Notes under the pieces: model-generated
What the model saw: the letters and a program-made list of their open reading frames with translations, nothing else
Told to the model about the DNA's origin: nothing
Databases searched by the model: none
Shown here: positions 23,301-34,617 of the stretch, piece after piece
Numbering within the stretch: the stretch's first letter is position 1
Layout: the number at the start of each line of letters is the position of its first letter
DNA from: a virus
Strand: one strand, 5' to 3'
Length of the DNA stretch: 38,269 bases
Virus record (IMG/VR): IMGVR_UViG_3300029705_000074
Position numbers and translations under genes: made by a program

Positions 23301-26300
23301 AAGTGAGATTTTCAGCACGTTGATCGGCGCGATCTTGCAAACCGGTAAGAGCGTCTCTATTTAGAGTACCATCACTATTGCGCAGATTTGCTAGATCTTC
23401 AGCACTTAGCTTACCAGCATTATTGAGAACCTCAATGGCTGCTTCATTAACCTCTTTAAGGGCATCACGCCACTCTTGAGTACCTTCAGTACATTCTTCT
23501 AGTTTCTCTACCGCACTATCATAAGCATCAATAGAAGAACGGAGTTCATCAGCTGCCCGCTTTGCTTCATCTGCGGCCTCCGCGGTTTCACGCGCTGCTT
23601 CAGCTGCCTTTTTAGCCGCATCGGCATCGGCATTATAGGCCTTAACCGCTGCATAAATCGCAGCTGTCAATGCGGCTATGACTGCAACGGCCGCGAGAAG
23701 AATAAGATTATTGGCATATTTAGCTGCCGTATTAGCAATGGTTTTAGCGGTGTCATCAGAAGTCGCTTTAGCAGATAGTTTCTTTGCTATTGCACTTGCC
23801 AATGTAGCAGATACTGTCTTTGTTTCAACCAATGCTGCTTGGCCACCTAAAACCACGCTTATCTGTCGTTCTTTATTGAGTGCTCCAAAAGCCATGCTAA
23901 GAGTGGGTAATAGCATACTTAAGCTAGTAAGAATAGTTACGAAACGCTCGGTATTAGACATATCTTCATCGCTAAATACTCGTCCAAGACTCTAAAGAGC
24001 GTTAATTCCCATGGTTACTTGTGACAAGACACTACCAGCATTTACCAATGTTTCTGCCCAATCCTTAGCTTTTAGAGAGCCATTACTCATGGCGTTTTGA
24101 GCTTCCTACATTTTTCCTTCCATCTGTGTAAGAGCATCATTAAAGGCTTGTTCAGATACTGCTCCGGCTCTGAATTGTGCTACCAAACGTGTTAAGTCGT
24201 TCTAAAAACGTACATTGTCCTCACCCAAAGCCAAAATCACCTGGCGAAGTCGGTTAACTCGCTCTGTAGACGACTGAAGCTCTGTGTTGAACTTGCCGTT
24301 GGCAGACAAATATCTTTCCACCTAATCATCAGGCATGTTCTGGGCTACTAAGCCAAGAGAGCGTGCTAACTCGATACTTTCTTGAGATATTCCGCTTGTA
24401 CTCTAACTTAAAGATCTTTGTAGCTGGCGATATTTTTCTGATTGAATTGCAGCCTCTTTTAATCTTGCGATAAGTGCTACTAAAGCTCGTTCATTAGAAG
24501 TAACACTAGAATCGTTAAGAACGGCATTTATATCTTTTTTAATAACGCCCATGCCTTGCTGCACTCTATTCGTAAGATTACCAGAGGCATCGCGCTGGAA
24601 TGTAGCTCCTCTAATTTGGTTCCGCCAGTTTTGTTGAGACTCTTGGTTCATATGCTCTGTCAGTCTTTCGGTCAGTATTTCTGCCTACTGTCGAGCCTGA
24701 TTTGTTTGTTGTGCCATTGTGTTCAAGATGTCTTGACGCACCGCAGCTTCTTGCACCAAAGAGCGCAATTTCTCTGCTTGGTAACTACTCAGCTCTAATT
24801 CATAGGCGTTCGCCTGTCCTTGCAACTCGACTAACTTGGCCTCTTGAGATATTCTTTGATTGTCTATGCTATTATCGGAGTTCTGCAAGCTAATCAATCT
24901 AGCCATGTCGGCAGCTTCTTGTCTTAATGCTTGCGCTCTCTCCCATTCCTTCTGCTGCATTAAACCAAGGTTGGTAGCCATAGCACGCATACCGCTGGCC
25001 ATTTGGTCTCCATATACTCGATTCATTAGCAACGCTAATCCCGCCAGCACACCCTGCATTCCACCCAAGGAGTCAATTACATCGGCTGTACCACTTAGAA
25101 TTGGAGTAACTGCATCATCAACACTAATAAAGAAGTCAGGATTGATTAAACTGTCATAAATGTCTTCAGTCGCTGCTCTAACTCTATCACGAGCGCCTTC
25201 CCAAGACTCTGCATAAACATCGGCTTGTTCATTTAGTGCACCAGTAGCACTTGTTGCAGTAGCTAGATTATCTTGGAAATCATCCCAGTTCTCCATTAGG
25301 TTAATAAATTGAGTATACTGACGTACACCAGCCACGGTTTGAGCGAGTGCCATTTGCTATGCCTTAGTTAAAGTGCTCCATCTCTCAGCGGTATCATCCA
25401 AGATGTTATCCATCTGTTTAAGATTACCATTAGCATCAAGAATCTATACTCCAACCTTAGCAAGGGCTTGAGAATATTTATTTAGGTCTACTCCATCTTC
25501 TAAGGTTTCACCTAAAGACAAACCTTGGAAACGAGTAAATAAAGTACGAAGAGCAGTACCCACAATACTTGCACTTTCGCGAGTATTAGCAGTAAGTGTT
25601 GCAAGAGCGGAAGCGGCATATTCGTAACTTAAACCTACCGTTCCAGCTACGGCGGCAAATTTCTGCAAGCCAGTTGCAATTTCATCAGAACTGGATGCAG
25701 TAGCAGCACCAAGAGCTACCATTACATCGGCGTAATATTCAAGAGATTTTCCGCCCTCTTCATAGAAGTTATTCCATACGGCGGTAAGCTGTTCAGAGAC
25801 CTCTTCTGCAGCCTGTCTTGAAACATTGGCCATCTTAATAGTGGTTTCAGTTCTACCTTTAACCTGTTCATCATCAAGGCCTTGCTGATAGTAAATTAAA
25901 GATGCATCAGTATAGTCAGTAGTAGTAGTGCTTAAAGCCTTCGCGGCCTCATTTGCGTATGCCGCAAACTCTTTCATTTCATCAGTGGACTTAAGGGTAA
26001 CAATACGAATATTGTTGAGCGATGTGTCAAGACTCTTGGCATAACCATATGCAGTTTCAAGCTATCCCACAAAACCGTGCAAAACACTAGAAGTTAATTG
26101 CCAACGCATAGTATTCTTCATGGTTATCCATAATTCATCCATTAACTTACTGGTTCTGCGTAGAGGGGTCTCAGCTTTCATTATAGCACTAGCTACACTA
26201 AGGAAAGCCTCTTGACCACTTGGTCCCAATGCCTCTAGAGTACGATAATATTCTGTCAAAGTGCGATTACTATTTTTTAAGTTATCATTGAATTTCGTTA

Positions 26301-26505
26301 AGTCAATAGAATCTCCTTTAACATTCATGGCGCTTTCCAAGTTGCGCTTCAATTCCAGCGCCGCTGTTGAAGCTTGCTATAAACTTGGTACCATGGAAGA
26401 TTGTGTACTAAGATTGCTCAAAGAGCTTAGCGCTTCTTTGATAGCAGCCTAAAATTGGTTAGTATCGGCTGTAATACCAATCTGGTAATTCAATCTTTTA
26501 GCCAT
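17371..26505 (-). CDS. tape measure protein, about 3044 aa, about 24 in-frame TAG
   Basis: Thirteen track ORFs (17371-27147 region) share one frame. All internal separators are TAG, and all gaps were hand-checked free of TAA/TGA. Ala/Glu/Gln/Leu-rich coiled-coil composition. Hydrophobic segment (SLSMLLPTLSMAFGAL). ATG 26503-26505 preceded by AAGGAGGAAAAGGAC. TGA stop 17371. Sits between a chaperone-like gene and the fibre gene. Confidence 0.75.
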
Positions 26506-26607
26506 GTCCTTTTCCTCCTTTGTCACATATGCAAATAAGGCTCTTGAGAATTAAATCCCAAGAGCCTTTTCAATTCTCTACTTAATCTGACTTTTCTATT
26601 AAATAGA

Positions 26608-27141
26608 TTAACCTTTTCCAACCACATCTTTGATGACAGATAGCTGCTCAAGACCTTCACCATTCTTGATTTGTTCCAAGATGGTGGTAATCTGTTCATC
26701 AAGACCGGTAGCACTATTGCTCATGCTCTGAATAATACCGGCCGCAGAAGTGTTGTATCTTGCAATGTCTGCAACAGTCTCTTCCACCAAGTTCTTAATG
26801 AAGACCAGTTCGCCTTCAGGAATAGCATCCAGAATATCCTCGATTAGACCATTGGTATCAAGAGCATCATACACTTGAGCCACATTCACCATATCCTCTT
26901 CGGTAAAAGAAATGCCCGCATACCATCTACATACTGCGATGGCAAAATAAACCTCTACACGCAGAGGACTAAAGGTACCAGTAACCTCATCGAGAGCACC
27001 ATTTACCACAAACTGAAGCAACTTAGTCTTGTCATCAATAGGCAAATAACTTTGCACTTCAATAGCAGTATCTCCACAATAAATGCACTGGGTCTCGATG
27101 CAGGGTTGAATATTCAATTGATTAAAAGCAATCTCTTTCAT
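26608..27141 (-). CDS. tail assembly chaperone-like protein, 177 aa
   Basis: Position immediately upstream of the tape measure gene. ATG 27139-27141 with AAGGAG upstream. TAA stop 26608. Confidence 0.4.
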   Translation of the reverse strand: MKEIAFNQLNIQPCIETQCIYCGDTAIEVQSYLPIDDKTKLLQFVVNGALDEVTGTFSPLRVEVYFAIAVCRWYAGISFTEEDMVNVAQVYDALDTNGLIEDILDAIPEGELVFIKNLVEETVADIARYNTSAAGIIQSMSNSATGLDEQITTILEQIKNGEGLEQLSVIKDVVGKG

Positions 27142-27192
27142 GCTCAAAACTCCTTTATCACTTTATATTTATATAATACCAGAAAAATTCTC

Positions 27193-28656
27193 TTATGTCA
27201 AGCCTAGCATATTCATGTTAAGGCTGGCAGAAATCGTCAGCCCGTTAATTATACCCTAAACTGTACGACTACGAGTTTCTGCATCATCCCAGTTATTGCT
27301 TTTACCTACCCACTGGTTTGTCTTTGATGTGATACCACCAAAAGACAAAGAAACTGGGGAAGCAACATCACTTACCTTGCCATAAGGAATCTATCCAGCT
27401 ATCTTCTTAATTATGCTAGTAATGGTATATAGCTTACCATTTACCATTAAAAACTGCGCTTTATCTACCTCACCGGTAGACATTAATCCACCAGAACCGC
27501 TAATCCATTCATTGAGAAAAGTTGCGGAAATGGTAGACTTAAGTTTCTAGTAACCATCAGGATCACCCCATTGGTGTCCAATAATGTTATATGCAATACC
27601 ACGAGGAGCAAGCGCAAATTCTCCTAAAATTTCTCCCATATTCATGGAACCAAGCGACACATGAGGTACAATACCTTTAGTATTAGTTTTATACCATTTA
27701 ACCGACACATTGGTGGCTATCTCTATATTAGTAGTCTAGCCATTGATTGAAACGGTTAAAGATAATGCCTTGCTATTAAGCAAGTCAACCTTAGCGGTCT
27801 TACCCTTGGTCTTCTGAGCACCAGACTTCTTAAATGAGCTGCTAACAAGCTTAATGTTACCATTCTTTCCAAGAACCTAATCGCTTATTTTAAGTATCTC
27901 ATCATCCAAGTTTGGCATGGCAGATTCTAGCATTTGCTTGCCAATCTGCTCTCCTAGCGCGCCAGAAAAGATATTGGTCATAGTGGAACGCAAGCTATCA
28001 GAAGCAAGAGTCCCTTGAGTGCCAAGTTTGTCTGCTGCATTATTGAGCCAAGTTAATATGTTATCAATCACTTGCAGTTGTTCTTTTGTAACTGGTGTTG
28101 CTGTTTGATAGCCTTGGCTTGAATAACTAAAACTCTTAGGCCCCATCTTTTTACCAATCTTGGTTAATTGTGTAAAAACGTGTTTTGGAACCGCTCCACC
28201 AGTCATAGACTAAATACCCTTTACCACAAGATCAAAAAATTCTTGAACTTGTTTAGCTTTTACACGACCATTCTCAAATAATCCATCAAGAGAGTGTGAA
28301 GATTGGAGAACCCGCGCGAAACTAGCTGGGTCGCTCGATGACCATGCTGACTGAATGCCACTATCCAGGGCTCCCGCAATTCCCTCTAAAAGTTCTTCCA
28401 ATAACTTGCCATCTTCAAGCGCTTCCGCAATTTCAAGTGGGCCTGCGGCCTTCTGACCTTTTGTTTCCATGGCCTTGACTATTGCTTGCACTTGGCTAGA
28501 AAGCATATCCTCTTTCATATTGCTATTATTCTTCTGCCAGATTGGCGATAAATATTCATCAGTCCTACCTGGCACGATAAGGTTGTAATGGTCTAAGTGG
28601 TAAAGAATATACTCTTCACGCAATACTCTATGTACGCTTTCAGTAATGTTTGCCAT
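27193..28656 (-). CDS. tail protein, 487 aa, 6 in-frame TAG (28210, 27877, 27736, 27547, 27391, 27256)
   Basis: Track ORFs 28210-28656 and 27877-28206 are co-frame. The frame stays open a further ~230 codons through TAGs to TAA 27193-27195. ATG 28656 has AAGGAGG upstream. Confidence 0.55.
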
Positions 28657-28671
28657 ACTCCGTTACCTCCT

Positions 28672-28709
28672 TAAAACAAAGAAAAGGGAGGACTAATGTC
28701 CTCCCTTTT
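28672..28709 (-). terminator. rho-independent terminator after the major tail protein gene
   Basis: Perfect 12-bp stem aaaagggaggac / gtcctccctttt with loop taat. Followed on the minus-strand sense by CTTTGTTTT. Confidence 0.55.
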
Positions 28710-28794
28710 GTATATTAGATGTAATCCTCTTCGCCATCAAGATCGATCACAGATGGTTCGGTATTATTAGACTCCGCGTTTTCCTCCGGAGTGA

Positions 28795-29727
28795 TTATTC
28801 CCCCGCCTCTTCTACCACACAAGCAGCGCGAGAATCCTCGACTTCATCACTTTCATCAGTGATAATTTGGATAGCAGCCAGGACCTTCTTAGTCTTGTCG
28901 AACTTGGTATAGTCGGGGAATGCATCCATTACGAAGGAGAAGGTGGAAGGATCGCCGCTAGCAGCCATAGCGAAGTTGAAGTTAGACTGAATCTTACCAT
29001 TAGGAATGATAAACTCAGCAGGCATATCAACACCGTCAGACTCACGACGGAACAAGGTAGAAGCCTCGAGATAGTAGTTACCAGCGAACTTGTCGGCGGT
29101 AATCTCAATCATCTTAGCATTACCAATCTTCTTGACGTAGTAGTCAACAAGAACGACAGAGCCGACCTTTTCGGCTTCAACACAGGTGATGATAGTCTTG
29201 CCGTCTGCATACTCACCAGCAGCAGGAATGCAAGGTTCAACCTCAATTTCACCAGCGTCATCGAGCACCATGCAGAAGATGTCAGCGCTAGCATGAGCAT
29301 ACTTGGCAGCATCGGTACCAGTAGCCTTAGCAGCACCAGCCTCATCAGTGGTCCAGCAAGCGATTACAGGAAGTTCAATCTTGTTGGCTTCCTTAATCTC
29401 AACCTGGGAAGTGGTGTGAACATAGATTGGAGCGGCTTCGGTTGCCTCAACCAGGCCAGCACCAGAAAGGATTGCAAAGCTCTCAGGAGAGAGAAGTGCA
29501 TCTTCCATATTGAAGGTTAGAGTACGCTCGCCTTCCCAAGCGATCAAACGAGCATTACCACGGCCACCAGTAGCATAAACAGTGGTAGCAGCGCCTTCAA
29601 GGCTGGAGGTCTTCAAGGTATCGAAGTACAGAACAGGTTCGTTCTTGTAGAAAGTGCGATTACCGAGTTGCATCTTTGCCTTAGCGCGAAGAACAACGTC
29701 GCAAATTTCACGAACACCAAATTTCAT
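28795..29727 (-). CDS. putative major tail (tube) protein, 310 aa
   Basis: Strong SD (AAGGAGGAAACACGAT-ATG). TAA stop followed by an intrinsic terminator. Located between the head-tail connector genes and the chaperone/tape-measure genes. Confidence 0.45.
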   Translation of the reverse strand: MKFGVREICDVVLRAKAKMQLGNRTFYKNEPVLYFDTLKTSSLEGAATTVYATGGRGNARLIAWEGERTLTFNMEDALLSPESFAILSGAGLVEATEAAPIYVHTTSQVEIKEANKIELPVIACWTTDEAGAAKATGTDAAKYAHASADIFCMVLDDAGEIEVEPCIPAAGEYADGKTIITCVEAEKVGSVVLVDYYVKKIGNAKMIEITADKFAGNYYLEASTLFRRESDGVDMPAEFIIPNGKIQSNFNFAMAASGDPSTFSFVMDAFPDYTKFDKTKKVLAAIQIITDESDEVEDSRAACVVEEAGE

Positions 29728-29761
29728 ATCGTGTTTCCTCCTTAATTTTTCTAGGATAAAA

Positions 29762-30532
29762 TCAGTACACCTTTATCGCATCGGACATACCACCGCTATT
29801 AAAAGCCGTGGGACTCATGGGGTGTAAATCCCTCATCCATGATTCAACGGGTTTATCAGGCTTACCGCCCGCGAGTCTAACGCGCAGGTCAGTATCCCAT
29901 TCAACATAACTGGTATATCTCTCCATTAGGTCAAACAGTTGGAACAGATTGCAGTTTAAGCACTGCTCGAGTGAAACCACTCCTGCTACTGTCAATACAG
30001 ATATATACCGAGTCAATACGCTTTCATTGCTTCCCTTATTTTTCAACTCAGCCACTTTGCGGCGGCCTCGCATGAGTTTATCAGCTATTTCTTTAGCCCT
30101 TTTGTTGACCGGATTATAGATAATATTCTCACCCTAAAAGATGCTGTTCACACATAAAACATCTTTTAGTACCGCCTAAAAATGATCAAAGTTGTCGTTA
30201 TCTATCAAGATAGTGTCCTACCCGTCAATCAACCTTAGGATAACACTATTCTTGGTTAATACCGCTGAATGATTTGGGAAAAGCAACTTCAGCAAGGTAA
30301 TTATAGCAGCCTTCTTGGTTTTGTCCTAAGACTGCTCTAATACTCTCACTAATACTTGAAAATTGCTTAAAGATGATGAAAGACTTTCGTCCTATATTAA
30401 AGACTCTTTTTCTAGGCACAAGTATTGTACCGCCATAAAGTAATCCGACTCACCCATAAAAGCTATATCTCTTATGATGGGAGGATGGACAGTGATTTGT
30501 AATTCAGGAATAGGAATGTCTACTCCCGCCAT
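29762..30532 (-). CDS. hypothetical protein, about 256 aa, 5 in-frame TAG; the track shows only the C-terminal 103 aa
   Basis: The frame of ORF 29762-30073 stays free of TAA/TGA for ~160 further codons upstream, through TAGs at 30134, 30176, 30218, 30326 and 30392, to the first ATG at 30530-30532. TGA stop at 29762. The start is uncertain because no clear SD is present. Confidence 0.45.
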
Positions 30533-30548
30533 AAGAGGTAGTCTATAA

Positions 30549-31088
30549 TCATTCGTCAAGCGGATTCACCTAATCCTCATGACCACGAATGGCTAGGTAG
30601 GTCAAGGTAACCCCCGCAAACTCTTCGTCATAGACATATGGCACGGCAGAAACAAACATCAACTCTCCAATACCCGTCAAATGAGTCTTATCAAGCATTG
30701 CATCTATCTCTCCCGCAATACGATAAGGACGTAGCTCAAAATCCCCCAAATCCCAGTTGTCATAGTGACAAATGATGTCAATACCGAAAGTGTTATCTCG
30801 ATATTCGGGGTTTGTTGCATTACGCACAATATTGCCATAAATCAAGCGAAGATAAGTCTTTTCTGGTGCGTCTATCTTAACTTTAGGCACAGATGAAATC
30901 TGCTTAGTCTCAAACATTTCCTTAAGCATTTCACCAGTTACTTCTGGTTTACTCTTCCAGTCTCTTGAGTTGTAGCACATCAACTTCAAGACATTTTTAT
31001 TCGACAAGATTCTATCCATAATCAATGCAGCATCCTTGGGCATACCCAGCAAGCTTGATTTGGGGTACTCAAACGTATTCTTTTTCAT
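30549..31088 (-). CDS. hypothetical virion-associated protein, 179 aa, 1 in-frame TAG (30570)
   Basis: ATG 31088 with GAGGTGA upstream. The track stop is TAG. The true stop TGA 30549-30551 lies 7 codons later. Confidence 0.55.
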
Positions 31089-31099
31089 CGCTTATCACC

Positions 31100-32089
31100 T
31101 CAATACAAAGACTCTACCACAATGGTTTTTTCCAAAGACATACTGCCCTTAGTCCATTGCAATGTAAATTGTCCGCTCACCATTTTATTCCAAGTCACTG
31201 TCACTGTATTGGCATCAATCTGACAAATAGTAACTGGCACATCTTCAAGTACAGTCCACTTACCATCCGGTTCATCGGCTTTGTAAGTTTCTGCAATTTT
31301 AGGCTTGATAAATCCTTCGCCTTGAATGCCATCCACATTGGGTATGACTACAGGCTCGATAATCAGGCCTCCTGCAATTTCGTTTTCCACATCATCGGTT
31401 TCCCTATTGATGTAGTACTCCTCTGCGTTAACCTCGATAATGTTCTTCATGCTAATGCTATCTGGAGCCTCTACGCGCCAAGCTTTCCCGGCGAATAGGA
31501 ATTTGCTGTATCTATCAAAAGCTTGAAGAGTTTTTTCATTTCGAGGCATGAGAATATTTAAACTTAGATTAGGTTCATCTATTCTCTATTGGTTCTTCTG
31601 GATAGAGGTAATCTGTGTTTCTACAGGACCACGAATTGCGGCCCAGGTAGAGCACCAATTACCCTCTTCATCCTTGAACTTAATCTTATATCGACAACGC
31701 CGAATTTCTCCCCTAAAGTAAGCGTCCTCGGTAATCTCTTGGGTGTAGATAATCCACTGTGTGCCAGTCTTTACCCACTCAAACACATCACCTGGCTGAT
31801 ATTGATGCTCATAATCAATAGAAATGATTTTATCATCATAATCCTACTTAACTTTATCTGGGTTAATCAGCGCTCTAGCAATAGGAAAGACACTCATACC
31901 AGGATCCATCTGGTCAAGTTCAGCATTTAATACTTGTGCATAATGCTGAACCATCTACACAAAGCAGCCTTGATATGAGTATTTTAACGCACGTTGTAAG
32001 GTGCGCCATTTATCTTTAATCATGCGGTCTTCTTGGTGGATACCACCCTACCACTCAAGTCTCGCACGCATCAGGTCTAGATTATTCAT
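31100..32089 (-). CDS. hypothetical head-tail joining/neck-region protein, 329 aa, 4 in-frame TAG (32048, 31955, 31844, 31586)
   Basis: Track ORFs 31586-31786 and 31100-31549 are co-frame. The frame is open through TAGs up to ATG 32087-32089, which overlaps the TAA of the upstream gene. TGA stop 31100. Confidence 0.5.
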
Positions 32090-32390
32090 CCTTAAGTACG
32101 TGCGCGAGTAGGTCAATACATCTAAAGACCGTTTTGCGGTAAAGCATGAAATCTTCGCAAACCTGGGAGGTTAAGCCCTCTAGCTTAGACAACAATACAA
32201 GTCCTTCGGGCTTGTATTTGTATATCTCAACGAGGCCACTGATTTCTTCTATTAGAACAGCCAAATGGCTGGCCCAATCTTCACCATTCTCGCGCATGGG
32301 GATAAGTTTCCAGAGCTGATTGACTAATCTTTGTAGGTCTTGCTCTTTCACTCGGTAAGAGAAGCCAATTCCATATTTATCGTCAAACAT
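32082..32390 (-). CDS. small hypothetical protein, 102 aa
   Basis: ATG 32388-32390 lies 3 nt before the upstream gene's TGA (overlap). TAA stop 32082. Confidence 0.45.
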   Translation of the reverse strand: MFDDKYGIGFSYRVKEQDLQRLVNQLWKLIPMRENGEDWASHLAVLIEEISGLVEIYKYKPEGLVLLSKLEGLTSQVCEDFMLYRKTVFRCIDLLAHVLKDE

Positions 32391-32883
32391 CGAAAGTACT
32401 ACTTTCCATAAGGGTAGACCAATTAGACTTAATGGAACCCTTATTATCAATCAGCTTTCTACGTTTATACAGGCGTTGCATATGATGTGCTTGTCTTTCA
32501 GCTTCTCGCTTCAGCTCCATCAATTTAGCAAGGTGGTTCGCCTGTGATGTCATCTTAAAATCGGCACCCGAATACTTCATTCGAGTGTTTTCAATAGACG
32601 CAACTTGACGCTACAGCCAAGTATTATACATCAAGAGAGCAAAGATGTTAACCTCTTCTGACGTAAGATGACACCCGAATGTTTCAGCATTCGGGTCGTA
32701 ATCGTAAAGAGGGAATCGCGGAAACTCGAACCCTGGAATTGCGTCCAGCAAGATATTTTTCATATCTTTTAGAGTATCCTCGCGTGTCCACTCAAGATAC
32801 ATATCATCTGTAATCTTACCTAAAAATCTATCGTAGATTTCTTCGAAGGAGGTTGGTTCACCCTGAATTGGGTAATTATCCAT
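32383..32883 (-). CDS. hypothetical protein, 166 aa, 1 in-frame TAG (32611)
   Basis: Track ORFs 32611-32883 and 32383-32580 are co-frame and separated by TAG. ATG 32883 has AAAGGAGGAG upstream. TGA stop 32383. Confidence 0.55.
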
Positions 32884-32885
32884 GA

Positions 32886-33476
32886 TTACTCCTCCTTTAC
32901 GGTAATAGTGTTCTCCTTAGTGGTTTCTGGCACTACGATTGTGCTATTGGCGCGACGGCCTGCGGGAACGCTAGGTTGTACGCGTCTTTCGGCTTGCTTT
33001 GAGGCGCCGTCCGCAGGTTCATCGTAAGCGTGAGACAACTCAATAGCTTTCATAACGTCATAGCCAAGCTGCTCTTTAATAGCAGTAATCTTATTGGTGT
33101 CGGCCAGTGGCAACTCCACAGCGAATTTCTTAATCAAGTCCTTTGTGCCGATGGGTGCGAAATCAAGCGCATCCTGGAACTCTTCTAAAGAACAAGACTG
33201 CATCCAGCTAGGTAGCTTATCTGCTGTTAACCAGTATTCAATAGGTGGATTGCCATTCAGCAAATAGTTGATAATCTCAGGGTCTTGCACCTGCAAATAA
33301 TTGAACAGGGTATTTCGTCCGCCTGGACGTTGAGACAAAGCTTCAAGCTCTGCCACGGGGATGTTTTTCTTTACCTCATGTGGCATAAATTCACGACGGA
33401 CAGCCATTGGACCATCCTTAATGGTATAACCGACACGGCCAGCACTCTTGTTGGCAACAACACAAGTCTCTTTCAT
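32886..33476 (-). CDS. hypothetical head-associated protein, 196 aa
   Basis: ATG 33474-33476 has AAAAGGAGA 8 nt upstream. The track start at 33506 is a TTG without SD. TAA stop 32886. Confidence 0.55.
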   Translation of the reverse strand: MKETCVVANKSAGRVGYTIKDGPMAVRREFMPHEVKKNIPVAELEALSQRPGGRNTLFNYLQVQDPEIINYLLNGNPPIEYWLTADKLPSWMQSCSLEEFQDALDFAPIGTKDLIKKFAVELPLADTNKITAIKEQLGYDVMKAIELSHAYDEPADGASKQAERRVQPSVPAGRRANSTIVVPETTKENTITVKEE

Positions 33477-33504
33477 AGTTTTTATCTCCTTTTTCTCATA
33501 TGAC

Positions 33505-33537
33505 AAAAGGGGATAGGGATAAACCCTATCCCCTTTG
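33505..33537 (-). terminator. stem-loop / weak terminator downstream of the major capsid gene
   Basis: Inverted repeat caaaaggggataggg ... ccctatcccctttg with a 5-nt loop. The T tract is short, so this is at least a stable hairpin. Confidence 0.35.
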
Positions 33538-33550
33538 ATAGTTTATTTAA

Positions 33551-34597
33551 TTAGCCCTCTACTGGAGCGATGTTGTCCAGGTGACCCTGGAGCTCGGTGT
33601 CAACGTAACTGAAGATGTTGTTAGTCATCATCACACCAACGCCAACCTTACGGTAGACCTGGATGTCACGAGACCAGTCATCATTATCGTTACGCTCACG
33701 AATGTGAGTAGTGCCCTCGAAAGCAACCTTTACAGGCTTATCGTTGGCGCCAGCAGGAATAATCCAGCAGTAACCGGGGTCGATAACCTTGCGGCTGTTG
33801 GTTTCATCCTCAAGAGACTGAGGAAGAATAACAACGCGGGTGCCCTTGTAGTTAGCGAGGTAGCCCTGAGCCCAACGCTCGTCCTTCATGCGGTCAGAAA
33901 CCCAACCATCTTCAGGAACGATTTTCACAGCAAACTCACGAGTGCAGTAGATGGTAGGAGTACCATAAGCACTTGCAGTGTTTACGAGATAGTCAAGAGC
34001 AGCCTCGTCGAAACCAGCCCAAGATACCTTGTTAGCAGCGGGAAGCTGAGTTACAGCAGCCTGGAGAGCAGCCTGGATCTCACGATAAATGAGTTCCTGC
34101 ATACCTTCCATGACGATCTGGGTCAGCTCAGCGAAGTTTACACGACCATCAAGATACTCCTCGAAGCCGATGCGAGCGGCTCCGCCGATAGCACTGGTCT
34201 GTACTTCGAAGCTCTCAGAACCGAGCTTGAAGGTCTCATAGACACCTGCAAGACCAACGCGAGTAATGAACTGCTTGGCACGAGCATGGCCGGTTCTACG
34301 AGTGTAAACAGGGCGGTCACCCTGACCAAAGGTCTTAATCTCAGCGAAGGAACCATACACGTTCAGTAGGCGAGTAGGAACCAAATCATCCATAGTCTCT
34401 GCCATCAGAGCGAAGACCATGCGCTTATTCTGTTCGTAAAGTTCATCGGTAGCAGTCAGCTCTCTCAGCTCATTCTGCAGGGTTGCGTCCATAGCAGCAT
34501 AGGTGAGATTCTCTCCATTGAAGGAATAGTTTCCAGAAGGAGTGCCGTTAGCCACGTTCTTCATGAGTTGAAGCAAATTAGCTCTATCTAATGCCAT
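33551..34597 (-). CDS. putative major capsid protein, 348 aa
   Basis: Uninterrupted ORF. Strong SD (AAGGAAGGAGAG). Followed by a stem-loop. Located after the portal, protease/scaffold and head-protein genes. Size is typical of HK97-fold capsid proteins. Confidence 0.5.
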   Translation of the reverse strand: MALDRANLLQLMKNVANGTPSGNYSFNGENLTYAAMDATLQNELRELTATDELYEQNKRMVFALMAETMDDLVPTRLLNVYGSFAEIKTFGQGDRPVYTRRTGHARAKQFITRVGLAGVYETFKLGSESFEVQTSAIGGAARIGFEEYLDGRVNFAELTQIVMEGMQELIYREIQAALQAAVTQLPAANKVSWAGFDEAALDYLVNTASAYGTPTIYCTREFAVKIVPEDGWVSDRMKDERWAQGYLANYKGTRVVILPQSLEDETNSRKVIDPGYCWIIPAGANDKPVKVAFEGTTHIRERNDNDDWSRDIQVYRKVGVGVMMTNNIFSYVDTELQGHLDNIAPVEG

Positions 34598-34617
34598 GAT
34601 TTATCTCTCCTTCCTTA

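Noticed and set aside
26523-26714. Possible programmed frameshift (G/GT-type) from the chaperone-like gene 26608-27141 into overlapping ORF 26523-26714
   Set aside because: The overlapping frame would add only ~30 aa. It corresponds to a +1 rather than the usual -1 shift, and no convincing slippery heptamer is present at the junction.
28867-29520. 217-aa plus-strand ORF antisense to the major tail gene; similar antisense ORFs at 33581-34369 and 34648-35304
   Set aside because: They are fully contained antisense to well-supported minus-strand genes that have strong SDs. They have no RBS of their own and are typical shadow ORFs in high-GC-skew coding regions.
30080-30570. Searched this and other apparent intergenic stretches (786-1156, 12530-12726) for a suppressor tRNA or other tRNA genes
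   Set aside because: No cloverleaf-compatible sequence (acceptor stem plus GTTC-type T-loop) seen by eye. The 30080-30570 stretch turned out to be coding under TAG read-through. A tRNA-scan on the full genome is still needed.
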